The notes under the pieces: model-generated
Seen by the model: only the letters and a program-made list of their open reading frames with translations
The model's database searches: none
Told to the model about the DNA's origin: nothing
From: an uncultured delta proteobacterium
GTDB lineage: Bacteria; Myxococcota; B64-G9
Direction: 5' to 3'
DNA: 64,000 bases
Assembly: GCA_963754925.1 (NCBI GenBank)
Contig: CAVWHX010000003.1
Span: 544,001 to 608,000 of the forward strand
In this document: in pieces, positions 20,236 to 30,974 of the stretch
Position numbering within the stretch: the stretch's first letter is position 1
How the letters are laid out: each line of letters opens with the position of its first letter
Program-made: the position numbers and the translations under genes

Positions 20236-20406
20236 TTATTTCTTAGCGCGCTTGCGGCCTTTCTTCGCAGGGGATTTTTTAGTTTTCTTTGCGATTTTCT
20301 TTTTAGCCGTCTTTTTAGCTGGCTTCCTGGCTGACTTCTTCCTTGCAACTTTTGCTGCTACCTTTTTTACTACTCTCTTTTTCGATCCCGTTCTGCAGCA
20401 CACCAT
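20236..20406 (-). CDS. Small histone-H1-like Lys/Ala-rich protein (56 aa)
   Basis: AAGGAGG RBS; MVCCRTGSKKRVVKKVAAKVARKKSARKPAKKTAKKKIAKKTKKSPAKKGRKRAKK*. Confidence 0.8.
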   Translation of the reverse strand: MVCCRTGSKKRVVKKVAAKVARKKSARKPAKKTAKKKIAKKTKKSPAKKGRKRAKK

Positions 20407-20630
20407 GATCGGCCTCCTTGCGTGTTGGTATTGCCAGCTTCAAACCCCCTCGTGGGACTACCGCTCAACAAACGACCGTTATACTTCGTTGACTAATTTT
20501 CATTATACCATCGTTGTTGATATCAGCAAAAATTATTCCACAAAGTTGCAAAATATTTTTCAGCGAAGAACCTCCCTGTTGTTGACCGCAGATGATCTCA
20601 TGGCGTCGAAGTGGTGGTGTGGATCCGCCG

Positions 20631-23237
20631 TCACTGAAACAATCCTTTGAGAAGATCGCGCGCCGTCTCACCAGTCGTCGCCTGCTGCGCATTCTCAGTT
20701 TCACGCAACGAGTATTCGCGTGGCTCGGTGCCTTCGACAAACACCTCTTCTTTCGCATCCTCCAACCCGGGTTGCGCGAGGAGGCCGTTCTGTGGATCGA
20801 TCTTAGCGAAGACCACATCGGACGGAGCGGAGAAGTCATCGACCGGGTGATCATTCAATGCCGCCTCCATGAATTCGATCCAGATCGGAAGCGCCGTCCC
20901 GGCCCCCTGAGACCAACTCGTGCCCAAGCGTGCGTGATCGTCAAATCCCACCCACACCGAGGTTACCAAGTCAGGAGCATAGCCCACAAACCAGCCGTCG
21001 CGATGTTCGCTGGTGGTTCCGGTCTTACCGGCCAACGGTCGCTTGAGTGAAAGCGCACGCTTGCCCGTACCTTCTTCAATCACTTCTTTGAGTAACGAGG
21101 TCATAGCATATGCCTCGCCGGCGCTCATAACCTGTCGCGGCTCGCCGCTTCTAAACGGCAACGCCGTTCCGTGAGGCGTCGTAATGCTCGTGACAAAAAC
21201 CGGTTCGGCAGCGACGCCCCCTGCCGCGAACGTGGCGTAGGCATTGGCCAACTCCAGCGGTGTAACTTCATACGCTCCCAATGCCAGTGAAAGGGTGTTT
21301 TCAAGCGGTGATTGAATACCCAAGTCTTTAGCGAGAGCGATAACCGCATCGGGCCCAAGGTCGTTGGTGATTTTTACCGCAATGGTGTTGATCGAATGCG
21401 CGAGTGCATAGCGCAGGCTGACTTTTCCTTGGAACTCGCGCTCGAAATTCATCGGCTTCCAGGTTTTGATCTGGTAGTAGACCTCTGGCGTATCCATCAA
21501 AATGGTGGCTGGCGTATAGGATCGGGAGTGTATCGCCGCAGCATACACGAGCGGCTTGAAGGCAGAGCCGGGTTGGCGACGCGATTGCACCGCGCGAATC
21601 AATGGCGAGCGACGGAAATCGCTGCCTCCCACCAACGCTGTTACGTACCGATTCTGCGGCTCGATCGCTACCAGTGCGCCCTGAACGAGAGGTGGTTGGC
21701 CGAGAACCACGCTCACCGTGTTTGAAGAAACGCGCCCAATCTGTACCTCCACCACATCGCCGACTGCCACAACATCGGTGACCGAAGTGGGCGGCGCGGT
21801 CCACGTCACCGGGGAGAACGCGCGCGCCCACTTAACACCAGCTTCATCCATGGTTGCGTTTCGTGATCCGAGGTCAAGCCGCGCCACCGCCTGCTTACCC
21901 TTGCCCGATATCGCCACTACCGGCACGGTCAGGTATTCGCCCTCGCGCGGGGCCACCCATTGCGCCGTCCACGGCTCAGACCCCGCCGTGGGCGCATCGG
22001 TATCGGCATCTTTCATTAACGACCAGACCGCGCCGGTCGGCAGGGATGCTGGCCGGGTGTCATGCAACGCTTTAATTGCTTCGGCGGTGAGGCTTCCTAA
22101 CCGACCGCGGTAGCCCTGCTGCCGATCGATTTCACGCAGTCCGCGCTCCACCGCCTGACGCGCCTGCTGCTGCTCGTCAAGATCGAGCGCCAGTTCCACG
22201 CGCAACCCGCCGCGATTGATGAATGCTTTGGCGAATTCTGCTTCTTCATTATCTGTGCCCGCACTCGTCATTTTCTCATTGACGCTCTCAAATAGACTTC
22301 GAAAGAACTCCGTGCCATACTCCTTTTCCAACAATGGCCGGACCTCCTCGCGGCTAAATTCCTTCTCCAACAAACGCCGAACCTCTTCAGCATAGTACGG
22401 TGCCAGTTCATAAAAGTTTGGCGCCTGTCCCACGACCGCGAGCGGCTCTTGCTTTGCGCGCATAATATCGGCGGTCGGCAAGCCAAACTTGTCCTTCATT
22501 TGATCCAATACCCAGTTGCGCCGCTGTAATGCAGCTTCCGGGTGTTTTATCGGAGAATACAGCACCGGAGATTTTGGAAGGGACGCCAACAATGCTCCTT
22601 CCGCGAGGCTCACCTCGTTGATGTCTTTATTAAAGTAATACCGGCTCGCTTCCTGCACGCCGTAACAGTGATGTCCAAAATAGATTTGATTCAGGTACAG
22701 ACTCAAGATCTCGTCCTTGGTCAGGTTCGCCTCCAGACGCAACGCCAACAAAAGCTCACGAATTTTTCGGCGATAGCTGCGCTCTGAACCCAGAACGAAG
22801 GTCTTAATCACTTGCTGGGTGATGGTGCTGCCGCCTTGCACAACCCGACCAGCCTTGAGGTTGTTCCAAAACGCGCGCAGCAGGCCGCCAAAGGCCATGC
22901 CCTGGTGGTGGTAGAAATCCGCATCCTCGGCAGCCAAGAAAGCCTTGCGGATATTGGGCGGAACCCGGTCAAGGTCAACCGTGGTGCGCTTCTCGTCATA
23001 AAACTCGGCGACCAGGCGACCGCTTCGGTCGAAAAGACGGGTGACCTGCGGCGGCTTGTAGTCAGCAAGAGTTTCGAACGAGGGCAAGCCCCGCGAAAAA
23101 TACAACAGCCACCCAACGACAACCAACACACCCATAAAAAAAACAATTGCTATGGCGATAGACGCTCGGGTCAGAAAGCTACGCCATGGGGACGCTCTGT
23201 TTTGATTCTTCTTGTTCTTTGTTTTCTTCTTAATCAT
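20631..23237 (-). CDS. mrcA: Penicillin-binding protein 1A
   Basis: Transglycosylase motifs AEDADFYHH, QGGSTITQQ, RKIRE; transpeptidase motifs GSAFK, SIN, GKTGT. Confidence 0.95.
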   Translation of the reverse strand: MIKKKTKNKKNQNRASPWRSFLTRASIAIAIVFFMGVLVVVGWLLYFSRGLPSFETLADYKPPQVTRLFDRSGRLVAEFYDEKRTTVDLDRVPPNIRKAFLAAEDADFYHHQGMAFGGLLRAFWNNLKAGRVVQGGSTITQQVIKTFVLGSERSYRRKIRELLLALRLEANLTKDEILSLYLNQIYFGHHCYGVQEASRYYFNKDINEVSLAEGALLASLPKSPVLYSPIKHPEAALQRRNWVLDQMKDKFGLPTADIMRAKQEPLAVVGQAPNFYELAPYYAEEVRRLLEKEFSREEVRPLLEKEYGTEFFRSLFESVNEKMTSAGTDNEEAEFAKAFINRGGLRVELALDLDEQQQARQAVERGLREIDRQQGYRGRLGSLTAEAIKALHDTRPASLPTGAVWSLMKDADTDAPTAGSEPWTAQWVAPREGEYLTVPVVAISGKGKQAVARLDLGSRNATMDEAGVKWARAFSPVTWTAPPTSVTDVVAVGDVVEVQIGRVSSNTVSVVLGQPPLVQGALVAIEPQNRYVTALVGGSDFRRSPLIRAVQSRRQPGSAFKPLVYAAAIHSRSYTPATILMDTPEVYYQIKTWKPMNFEREFQGKVSLRYALAHSINTIAVKITNDLGPDAVIALAKDLGIQSPLENTLSLALGAYEVTPLELANAYATFAAGGVAAEPVFVTSITTPHGTALPFRSGEPRQVMSAGEAYAMTSLLKEVIEEGTGKRALSLKRPLAGKTGTTSEHRDGWFVGYAPDLVTSVWVGFDDHARLGTSWSQGAGTALPIWIEFMEAALNDHPVDDFSAPSDVVFAKIDPQNGLLAQPGLEDAKEEVFVEGTEPREYSLRETENAQQATTGETARDLLKGLFQ

Positions 23238-23244
23238 AGCGACT

Positions 23245-23306
23245 TCTAATCCCCTGTCGGGGATAAGAGATTGTAAGCCTCGCTTCGCTCGGCAACAATC
23301 TCTAAT
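23245..23306 (+). repeat. GGATAAGAG...CTCTAA hairpin element, copy 2
   Basis: TCTAATCCCCTGTCGGGGATAAGAG-ATTG-TAAGCCTCGCTTCGCTCGGCAA-CAAT-CTCTAAT, bounded by a TCTAAT direct repeat. Confidence 0.85.
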
Positions 23307-23553
23307 GCACCGGCTCCTGCGGAAATATAAACTCGCTGTCGCAGGTCGGACATTGGTACCGTTCGACAATCTCGCCATTCAGATCGCGCCCAAACACATA
23401 GGATTCCAATACCACTTCTTCCCCACAAGCCGGGCACATATCCGCGCCAATAAAACGAAGGTACTCGAGTTTTTTTGAAGTTTCAGATGAAGGTCGAGAT
23501 TTGATTCGACGACTCGTTCGGAGATACTCGCGCAGTAAATGATGTTGGTTCAT
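23302..23553 (-). CDS. Small zinc-ribbon protein
   Basis: CPACG...YQCPTC; lies between pckG and PBP1A on the same strand. Confidence 0.65.
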   Translation of the reverse strand: MNQHHLLREYLRTSRRIKSRPSSETSKKLEYLRFIGADMCPACGEEVVLESYVFGRDLNGEIVERYQCPTCDSEFIFPQEPVH

Positions 23554-23574
23554 GCTCAGGGGAGTCCATCGATG

Positions 23575-25395
23575 TCAAAGAAACGAGCCCAATTTTTTAG
23601 CTCTTTGCTCCAGAGCCCGGCGCTCGAGCTCGAGATCTTTCGGCAGCCGGTCGCCAAACCGTTTGAAGAATTCCTTCAAGTCTTCTGCTTCAGCCGACGC
23701 ACCGGCGCCGGTGACTTCGGTAAGCGTGCGGAACTTCTCTTGGCTAAAATCAATGCCATGCCAATTGAGGTCGCTGTAGCGCGGCATCCGTCCAAAAACG
23801 CCATCGGTTGCATCGACGGCCCCGGTGACGCGGTTGACAATCCACTGAATCACTCGCATGTTCTGCCCGTAGCCAGGCCAGATAAATTTACCGCTATCGT
23901 CCTTGCGAAACCAGTTGACCCGAAAGATCTTCGGGAGCCGATAGCCTTTGCTTTCCATCCCCAACCAATGCCGCCAGTAATCGGCCATGTTGTAAGCGGT
24001 AAACGGCAACATAGCGAACGGATCGCGACGGATGGCCGCCTGCCCGATCGCGGCGGCAGTCGCCTCGGAACCCATGGTGGCCGCCATGAAGACACCGTGC
24101 TTCCAATTGAATGATTCAAAAACCAGCGGGAAGGTTTTCGAAAGCCTTCCGCCGAAAACAAACGCGCTGATAGGTACACCCTGGGGGTCCTCCCAGGAAG
24201 GATCAATGATCGGGCACTGGGCCGCCGGCGCCGTGAAGCGCGAGTTCGGATGCGCTGCAAGCTGGCCGCTGTGGGGGGTCCAATCGTTGCCCTTCCAATC
24301 GATGGCATGGGCCGGAGCCGGACCCATACCTTCCCACCACACGTCGCCGTCATCGGTGAGCGCAACATTGGTGAAGATGCAGTTCGCACTGATCGTTTCC
24401 ATAGCTACCGGATTCGAGTCGTAGGACGTGCCCGGCGCGACACCGAAGAAACCAGACTCCGGGTTGACGGCGCGCAACGAGCCGTCCAACGCCGGCTTAA
24501 TCCAGGCGATATCGTCGCCGACGGTGGAAGCCTTCCAATCCTGCAAGCCCTTCGGCGGAACAATCATCGCCAGGTTGGTCTTGCCGCAGGCGCTGGGAAA
24601 GGCCCCGGCCACGTAAATTTTTTGTCCCTGCGGGGATTGCAGCCCTAGGATCAACATATGCTCGGCCAACCAGCCCTCGTCGCGGGCGAGCACCGATCCG
24701 ATGCGCAGCGCCAGGCACTTCTTGCCCAGCAACGCGTTGCCGCCGTACCCGCTGCCGTAAGACCAAATCTCGCGTGTTTCCGGAAAGTGCGAAATGAACT
24801 TGTTGCCGATATTCGGCTCGCACGGCCAAGCGACGTCCTTCTGGCCCGGCGTAAGCGGCGCGCCGACCGAATGCAGGCACTTGACGAAAGAACCGTTGCC
24901 GAGCACGTCCAGCACTGCCTGACCCATGCGGGTCATGATACGCATGTTGACGACCACATAGGGGGAATCGGTCAATTGCACTCCGATGTGTGCCACCGGC
25001 GCGCCCAGCGGGCCCATGCTGAAGGGAATCACATAGAGCGTCCGGCCGCGCATACTGCCGTCAAAACTTTTGGTCAAGAGGCGCTTCATCTCATCGGGGG
25101 CCATCCAGTTGTTGGTGGGTCCGGCGTCCTCTTTGTTCTTGGGGCAAACAAAGGTGCGCTCCTCCACCCGCGCCACATCGCTCGGGTGGGACCGAGCTAA
25201 AAAGCAATTGGGTCGCTTTTGGGGGTTGAGTCGAATGAACGCGCCGCATTGTACCATCTCTTCGCATAGCCGATCGTATTCCTGCTGCGAACCGTCGCAC
25301 CAATGTATTTGATCCGGCTTGCACAGCGCCGCCATTTCGTCGACCCAGGCGAGTAACATGGCGTTTGAGGTCCGTTTGCGTGCCGTGGCTGTCAT
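23575..25395 (-). CDS. pckG: Phosphoenolpyruvate carboxykinase (GTP)
   Basis: [49 protein letters not shown]. Confidence 0.97.
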   Translation of the reverse strand: MTATARKRTSNAMLLAWVDEMAALCKPDQIHWCDGSQQEYDRLCEEMVQCGAFIRLNPQKRPNCFLARSHPSDVARVEERTFVCPKNKEDAGPTNNWMAPDEMKRLLTKSFDGSMRGRTLYVIPFSMGPLGAPVAHIGVQLTDSPYVVVNMRIMTRMGQAVLDVLGNGSFVKCLHSVGAPLTPGQKDVAWPCEPNIGNKFISHFPETREIWSYGSGYGGNALLGKKCLALRIGSVLARDEGWLAEHMLILGLQSPQGQKIYVAGAFPSACGKTNLAMIVPPKGLQDWKASTVGDDIAWIKPALDGSLRAVNPESGFFGVAPGTSYDSNPVAMETISANCIFTNVALTDDGDVWWEGMGPAPAHAIDWKGNDWTPHSGQLAAHPNSRFTAPAAQCPIIDPSWEDPQGVPISAFVFGGRLSKTFPLVFESFNWKHGVFMAATMGSEATAAAIGQAAIRRDPFAMLPFTAYNMADYWRHWLGMESKGYRLPKIFRVNWFRKDDSGKFIWPGYGQNMRVIQWIVNRVTGAVDATDGVFGRMPRYSDLNWHGIDFSQEKFRTLTEVTGAGASAEAEDLKEFFKRFGDRLPKDLELERRALEQRAKKLGSFL

Positions 25396-25608
25396 GGATG
25401 CACCTCACTCTTAATGGTTTGCTGCTGCTTACCGCGGCCCATGCTTCTTTCGAAAACCACGCACGGGATTTTCGAACTCGGTGTCAGAAATAAGCATAGC
25501 CGCTACTGAGGTGTCAAGTGCCGCAAGCTCGGCAAGAGCAACGGCCATCAATCATTGTATGCTGGCGCTTGAAGTTCCCGACCTACCACGGACTCATGGT
25601 GATCATAG

Positions 25609-27165
25609 TTAATTGGCAGGCTCGCCCTTATGATCGGGATCAGCGGGGTCATCGTAATAGTTTTCTGTCCATTCGGCCCATCCCGGACCGCCTGAAACAG
25701 CTACGGGACCATAGCCATAGTCCACAAACCTATTGTTGTTTGCTTTCATATCATTGCCATAGCCAAAATTGTTGGCTTCTAATGCGATACACCAATTTGC
25801 CGTATAGAACAGATTACCTTCAATCAAAACATGGTCTATATATCCTGCCCAAGCCTGAATAAATAACGCGCCGGAATCACTCCCTGTTCTACTTATCAAG
25901 TAATTATTTCTCCAAATCAAGCTCGTTCCGTCGAATGATCTGATGGTTGCGCTTTCATTGTGTGATTGCTGACCGCCATAAATACCTCCCCGTAAATCAT
26001 GGACATAATTGTTTTCAATCAAAGCATTAAGTTGACCCGATCCGAATACACAAATTCCGTCTCCCATACCGAAAATATTGCTTCGTTGTACGGTTGCAAT
26101 GCCACGAACAGCACAATCCGCATAAACATAGGGATCGGTTATTGCGCTCCCATCGATGTCACAATCAATAATCGTATTCGGATACTGTGAAGCCGTACCC
26201 ATAAATGGATCATACGTAAATACCAGACTACCAACTCCCCAGGTATCCGCTGGTTGTATCCAACATCGGTCAAGGGTTATGTTTCCGTTTACCAATATTA
26301 AAGGAGTCGTTATTTTTTTTAAACTTATGACTGTTCCCTGCTCTAAAGTCGATGGCCCGTCATAAACCGGAAGTGAGTTTTTATCGATACCGGCGCCGGC
26401 AAGCCCGGTGTTCGTTTCATTGAGCTGCCAACCCATGAGTTGCACAACGACCACATAGCTCTTCTGGGTGGTTCCGTCCGACGCCGTGACATCGACGGTG
26501 ATGCTCATCTTCGCGGGACGAATAGGCAAGGGCTGCGTCGCCGTTCCCGAAGCCACAAGCACGTCCTGCACCCGGATCGACGCTCCACTCTCCGCCGCCG
26601 TGGGCGTTACGACCACCGATGCGCCGGAACCTGAGACGGTCGCGGTATAGGATGTTATCGAAGGATCAAACAACGGTGTGAGCGTCGCTTGCGATAATAC
26701 GAGAGAACTCAGATCGGCATTGTGGCTTGCGCCCGGCTGACGCGTCACCACGATAGTGTAGGTCTTCTGGGTCGAGCCATCAGCAGCTGTTACCACCACG
26801 GTGATCGTGTTGGCTCCAACCGCGAGCGCTATCGGCGCCGAGGCGACACCCGATGCGACCGAGATCCCTTGCACCGTGATAGCGGCCTGGTTGTCGAGCG
26901 TAGTCGCCGTGACGCTCACCGAGCCGACGGCGTTTGCCGCAGTCGCGCTGTAGCTGCTCGTGTCTCGGTTGAATTCAGGCACCAACGTCCCCTCGGAAAG
27001 CGAAACTCCCGCCAAACGAGCTTCGGCGCTCGGCGCCACCGACCCGTCGACTACGCCCTGAATAGTGCAGCCCGTCGTAACCGCTAAAGCTAAATAGACA
27101 ATAATCGCTAGCATATGCCTCAAGCGCCCCAAGCGAATAACTGCTCTTAAGCTTAGGTTCGCCAT
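25609..27165 (-). CDS. Probable lipoprotein with two cadherin-like beta-sandwich domains and a C-terminal beta-helix-like domain
   Basis: VTTGC; two repeats of L.P.F....SY.AT...ITV.VTA.DG.TQK.Y; IENNYVHD and LIEGNLF beta-helix coils. Confidence 0.75.
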   Translation of the reverse strand: MANLSLRAVIRLGRLRHMLAIIVYLALAVTTGCTIQGVVDGSVAPSAEARLAGVSLSEGTLVPEFNRDTSSYSATAANAVGSVSVTATTLDNQAAITVQGISVASGVASAPIALAVGANTITVVVTAADGSTQKTYTIVVTRQPGASHNADLSSLVLSQATLTPLFDPSITSYTATVSGSGASVVVTPTAAESGASIRVQDVLVASGTATQPLPIRPAKMSITVDVTASDGTTQKSYVVVVQLMGWQLNETNTGLAGAGIDKNSLPVYDGPSTLEQGTVISLKKITTPLILVNGNITLDRCWIQPADTWGVGSLVFTYDPFMGTASQYPNTIIDCDIDGSAITDPYVYADCAVRGIATVQRSNIFGMGDGICVFGSGQLNALIENNYVHDLRGGIYGGQQSHNESATIRSFDGTSLIWRNNYLISRTGSDSGALFIQAWAGYIDHVLIEGNLFYTANWCIALEANNFGYGNDMKANNNRFVDYGYGPVAVSGGPGWAEWTENYYDDPADPDHKGEPAN

Positions 27166-27325
27166 GCCGGCACCTCATCGAAAAAATTAACCATTAATTG
27201 TATATTATACGCCTCTATCAATAATTTTCAACGTTCCGTTGGAATTGAATAAATTTATAATTATATGATCCTCTACCCTGGAAATTCCCTGATCCCGATG
27301 GGTTGTTTGGGTCAGGTCAGGCCGA

Positions 27326-28201
27326 TCATTGCCCGCGTCCTTTTTTTCCGCGGGTGCTGTTGGCGGGACGTTTCTTTTTCGCTCCGGGTAGTTCTGGATG
27401 TCGCGCGAGAAATGCGGTCATAAGCTCTGGTCCGGTACGGCGAGCAAATGCCTCCGTATGTGCCTGAGCCCAGTCAAGGGCCAGAGTCATGACGAGCCAT
27501 GGCTCCGGCGTGTTCGGATCAGTCCGCTCGATGCTGGCAAGCTGCTTCCAGAGCGCCCCCGGCATCTCCACTCGTTCCACACCCTCTCTTGTCGGCGCAC
27601 GACAGGCTTCGGCTGGCGACGTGACCAAGTACTCCCGGCAAACCAGGGGCCGGTCTCTATAGATTGAGCAGCTCTCCTCCTCCAGAAACGGGCATTTGAT
27701 ACCCAGTGCGAAATACGCGAGCGCTACCGCCTCATACTCCTGCCGTGACAAGCGCTCCGGATGGCGAAGCTCTTGCCCTATTTCCGTGGCCGCAACTTTT
27801 TGATGCGCGGCCATAAAGCGTCGCTGTAATTCCGTGCGACGGGGCTCGGTCATGCCATCGACCAGTGCTTTGAGAGCATAGGCTTCGGTCTTCGCGATGG
27901 GCACCAACTGGCAACAGCATGCCCCACAGCCTGCGCGACACGATACCTTTTTACCGTGGGCCTCTGCCCGACGCACACTTCGCGCCACAATCGTCTTTTC
28001 AAGCGATCGGATCGCAGGAAGAAGATCGCTCGGCCGACATGGCCCTCGCGGCAGCTCGAGGTCTTGAATGATGTTATCTTCGAAGATGTTAAAGGAAACC
28101 GTCACCGGGGTGGTTGCGGTGTTTTCATCAACCGGACCGATCATTTGATTGATATCCGAAGGCTTCCACCGCCACCATCCTGGATCATTAGTCATAAACA
28201 C
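27326..28201 (-). CDS. YkgJ family cysteine-cluster protein
   Basis: CRAGCGACC, CPFL...CSIY..RPLVCR. Confidence 0.85.
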   Translation of the reverse strand: MFMTNDPGWWRWKPSDINQMIGPVDENTATTPVTVSFNIFEDNIIQDLELPRGPCRPSDLLPAIRSLEKTIVARSVRRAEAHGKKVSCRAGCGACCCQLVPIAKTEAYALKALVDGMTEPRRTELQRRFMAAHQKVAATEIGQELRHPERLSRQEYEAVALAYFALGIKCPFLEEESCSIYRDRPLVCREYLVTSPAEACRAPTREGVERVEMPGALWKQLASIERTDPNTPEPWLVMTLALDWAQAHTEAFARRTGPELMTAFLARHPELPGAKKKRPANSTRGKKGRGQ

Positions 28202-28341
28202 AGTTTCCGTATAATGCCGTTTTTCGTCAATACTGTTTTAATCTTGAGATCCAAACGGAAGCCTGCATCGCCTAATGCCGTGGCAGCGATAAATTCTCAA
28301 ACTCCATGTTTAAGCTCCCACCCAGAAACGCGCAATTAAGA

Positions 28342-28370
28342 AAGCGCCGGTCCACGGAGGACCGGCGCTT
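28342..28370 (-). terminator. Rho-independent terminator downstream of the Cys-rich lipoprotein gene
   Basis: 12-bp stem AAGCGCCGGTCC/GGACCGGCGCTT followed by TCTTAATT on the minus strand. Confidence 0.6.
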
Positions 28371-28397
28371 CAGCAATCTACATCAATATCAGAACAT

Positions 28398-30485
28398 CTA
28401 CGGTGTGCACACCCCTGTTGGTCCGGTGGTGCAGTGGGTGAGGACCTGCGGACACAAAACTTCACCGTGGCCCGGCAGCAGGAAGGATTCGATCGGTATC
28501 GCATTCGAATCCGGCGTCAGCTTGAATGGACCAGTTCCGATCACGAGCGACGTGCCCCATATAAACCCGTCGGTTGTCAAGCTCGCAGTCCCGCCGATAG
28601 TGGTTGCAGTATCCAGCACCATGTTGTTGAAACCTATGGTGAACGCGAGGCCGGCATAGGCACTAACATTAAGCGCTCCCAACGTGGTCGTAATCGTGAT
28701 CCCGTACTTGCCGTCACCATCCGAATCGGGCGCAGCATCGCAGGTAGAGGTGGGAGTAGTGCTGCACGGTGAAGTAGTACCAGTAGGAAATGTTGCCGAT
28801 TTCGTACCGCTCAGGATCTGGAACGTTGGCATAGTTACGGGTCCACCGACCGTTGCGCAGAAATCCGGTATGCTTGCACTGACGGTAAACGTCTTTAACA
28901 CTGCATCTGAGTAACCGGTGACTAAGCCCGCCGCCGACGCCGACGCAGCCAACTCGCAGATTTCTATCGTCGATACGAGGTTGCCGCCTTCTTTCGTGTT
29001 GTATATACGTAGGATGTAGTCGATGTTGGCGCCCGTAATGACCCCGATCGGTTGCGTAATGCTGCCGGTGGTGTTGAGGTGCGAGATCCAGGTGCCGGTT
29101 ATATCGGCGCATTGCGATATCGTCTGGCAGTTGGCATCGCAGGTTGTGCCGTTGGGCGGATCGCATTGTTCTGGAGGTTCGACTATGCCGTTGCCGCAGC
29201 AAGGCACGATCGGCGTCTTAACGCATGCTGCTGTGCAGGTGCCCGCGTTTTGAAGCGTCGAGGTTGTGCACGCGTTGGGAGCCGCGCAGCTCGTTGGGCA
29301 CGCGCCCGGCTGGCCCGCGGCGATTGCGGTGTCACAGGTCTCGCCGGTCTCCACTACGCCGTTGCCGCAGCAAGGCACGATCGGCGTATTAACGCATGCT
29401 GCTGTGCAGGTGCCCGCGTTTTGAAGCGTCGAGGTTGTGCACGCGTTGGGAGCCGCGCAGCTCGTTGGGCACGCGCCCGGCTGGCCCGCGGCTATGGCGG
29501 TGTCGCAGGTCTCGCCGGTGTCCACCACGCCGTTGCCGCAGGTAGGTTGGACGATGGTATGGCAGGTGGCGTCGCAGGTCGCTGTGTTCGGCGGCTCACA
29601 CGTCTCGGGAGGGGTAACACAACCGTCGCCGCAGACGGCCACGGTTATCGGCGTAGCCACGCATGCAGCCTGACAACCAGTGCCCTGGAGTTTGACCGGG
29701 TTGCACGGATCGGTGCCAGGATTGCAGCTCGTCGGGCAAGCGCCTGTCTGACCCGCGGCTATGGCGGTGTCGCATTTCTCGTTGCCAGAGACGATACCGT
29801 CGCCGCAAACCGGGCCTCCGCCTTGGCCGCACGTAACGTCAACCGACAGCGAATCGGTGCAGTTTACGTTGCTTACCGTTATGGTCAATGTCTTCGTACC
29901 CGTTGTGGCGCACAGGTAGGTAGTCATAGCCGTTGCTGGATTCGCAAACGTGCCGTCGCTCGTGGCAGTCCACGCGTAGGTCAGGGTGCCCTGGCCAAGG
30001 TTCTGAGCGCTCGCGTTCACTTGAATCGTGCTCCCAACCGCTACCGAGGTCGGCGATACCACCATGGAGCCGACCGTGGGGCACGCGAGGAATGTGCCGG
30101 TAACCGACACGCTACCTCTCGGGGGGGTGGTCGAACACTGTATCGGTACCGCCACCGTCGTCGTTTGGCTCGCCACCACGTCGAATGTCGCAGAGCCGGT
30201 GCAGATTCCATCGGCGGTAGCAAGCGTGATGGTGTAACCAGACCCCACCGGAATAGGGGCTATATCCGCGGTCACGGGGTTGGATACCACCTGAATGGTG
30301 CCCGTGAGGGGATCAATGCCGTTTCCCGTGATCGTGTAATTGATTTGGGTTTCATCGACACCTGGCGCGACGGTTAATTTCGTTGTTACCGTGCCTGATG
30401 GTCCTTGCCCTACGAGGCCGTTCGCACAGCCGGCAAAGGCTACTACTACCATTCCCAAAAATACCCATAGAAAAAATGATCGCAT
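28398..30485 (-). CDS. Surface lipoprotein with Ig/PKD-like domains and myxobacterial Cys-rich repeats
   Basis: AFAGC; LTYAWT; repeated CG(D/N)G.V...E.CD units. Confidence 0.85.
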   Translation of the reverse strand: MRSFFLWVFLGMVVVAFAGCANGLVGQGPSGTVTTKLTVAPGVDETQINYTITGNGIDPLTGTIQVVSNPVTADIAPIPVGSGYTITLATADGICTGSATFDVVASQTTTVAVPIQCSTTPPRGSVSVTGTFLACPTVGSMVVSPTSVAVGSTIQVNASAQNLGQGTLTYAWTATSDGTFANPATAMTTYLCATTGTKTLTITVSNVNCTDSLSVDVTCGQGGGPVCGDGIVSGNEKCDTAIAAGQTGACPTSCNPGTDPCNPVKLQGTGCQAACVATPITVAVCGDGCVTPPETCEPPNTATCDATCHTIVQPTCGNGVVDTGETCDTAIAAGQPGACPTSCAAPNACTTSTLQNAGTCTAACVNTPIVPCCGNGVVETGETCDTAIAAGQPGACPTSCAAPNACTTSTLQNAGTCTAACVKTPIVPCCGNGIVEPPEQCDPPNGTTCDANCQTISQCADITGTWISHLNTTGSITQPIGVITGANIDYILRIYNTKEGGNLVSTIEICELAASASAAGLVTGYSDAVLKTFTVSASIPDFCATVGGPVTMPTFQILSGTKSATFPTGTTSPCSTTPTSTCDAAPDSDGDGKYGITITTTLGALNVSAYAGLAFTIGFNNMVLDTATTIGGTASLTTDGFIWGTSLVIGTGPFKLTPDSNAIPIESFLLPGHGEVLCPQVLTHCTTGPTGVCTP
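29187..29540 (-). repeat. Intragenic 171-bp tandem duplication (57 aa)
   Basis: GCCGTTGCCGCAG recurs at 29187, 29358 and 29529; the two units are nearly identical. Confidence 0.9.
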
Positions 30486-30651
30486 AGTAACCTTCCTCTC
30501 TTTCTTCCCCCTCGGATGATCGTGTCGAATGCCTCTCGCCAGAGTTATCTGGCTTGGGAAACATCCGGATAAAGAAATCAGAATATTTCGATTTACGTAG
30601 CTTAGTTCACAACCTTTTTAATTGTGAAAATCTACAATTGCAGTAGCTTTT

Positions 30652-30667
30652 AGCAAGATCCATACCG
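30652..30667 (-). promoter_or_regulatory. Putative sigma-54 promoter for the Cys-rich lipoprotein gene
   Basis: Minus strand CGGTATGGATCTTGCT = GG-N10-GC with TTGC. Confidence 0.5.
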
Positions 30668-30727
30668 GTTTGGATTGACAGGACAACTGTAGGAAAGAAT
30701 ACAAGAAATATATTCTTGCAAAACTTG

Positions 30728-30767
30728 CACTCACCCGGCGCTGCGCGCCACCCTCTCCCCAAGAGAG
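30728..30767 (+). repeat. Possible REP-like palindromic remnant
   Basis: CTCACCCGGCGCTGCGCGCCACCCTCTCCC resembles a common proteobacterial intergenic repeat type; single copy in this window. Confidence 0.35.
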
Positions 30768-30974
30768 AACGTATCATTATGAATATACGATAGGTTACAT
30801 TGATCTACTTCTAGGAGAGCGCGTGTGTAAAAGTGCGTTCGGAAATGCACGGGTGTTTAAAATCGCACTACACAGCTTTGAAGAGCTGTGGCGGTGACTT
30901 TTATCTGAAAACCAGGCCACCATTTGTCCTTTAAGCCACTATCGGTCGTGTACGCAATCAATGCACATAAAGAG

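Noticed and set aside
20198..20650. Phe-rich apparent membrane protein on the plus strand
   Set aside because: Antisense of the Lys-rich small gene, which has the RBS
23238..23378. N-terminal extension of PBP1A in the ORF track
   Set aside because: It reads through the repeat element and the upstream gene; ATG at 23237 gives the usual basic tail plus TM helix
29052..30377. 441-aa Arg/Ala-rich plus-strand ORF (similarly 8609-9373 and 14847-15761)
   Set aside because: Antisense shadows of well-supported genes, with no motifs
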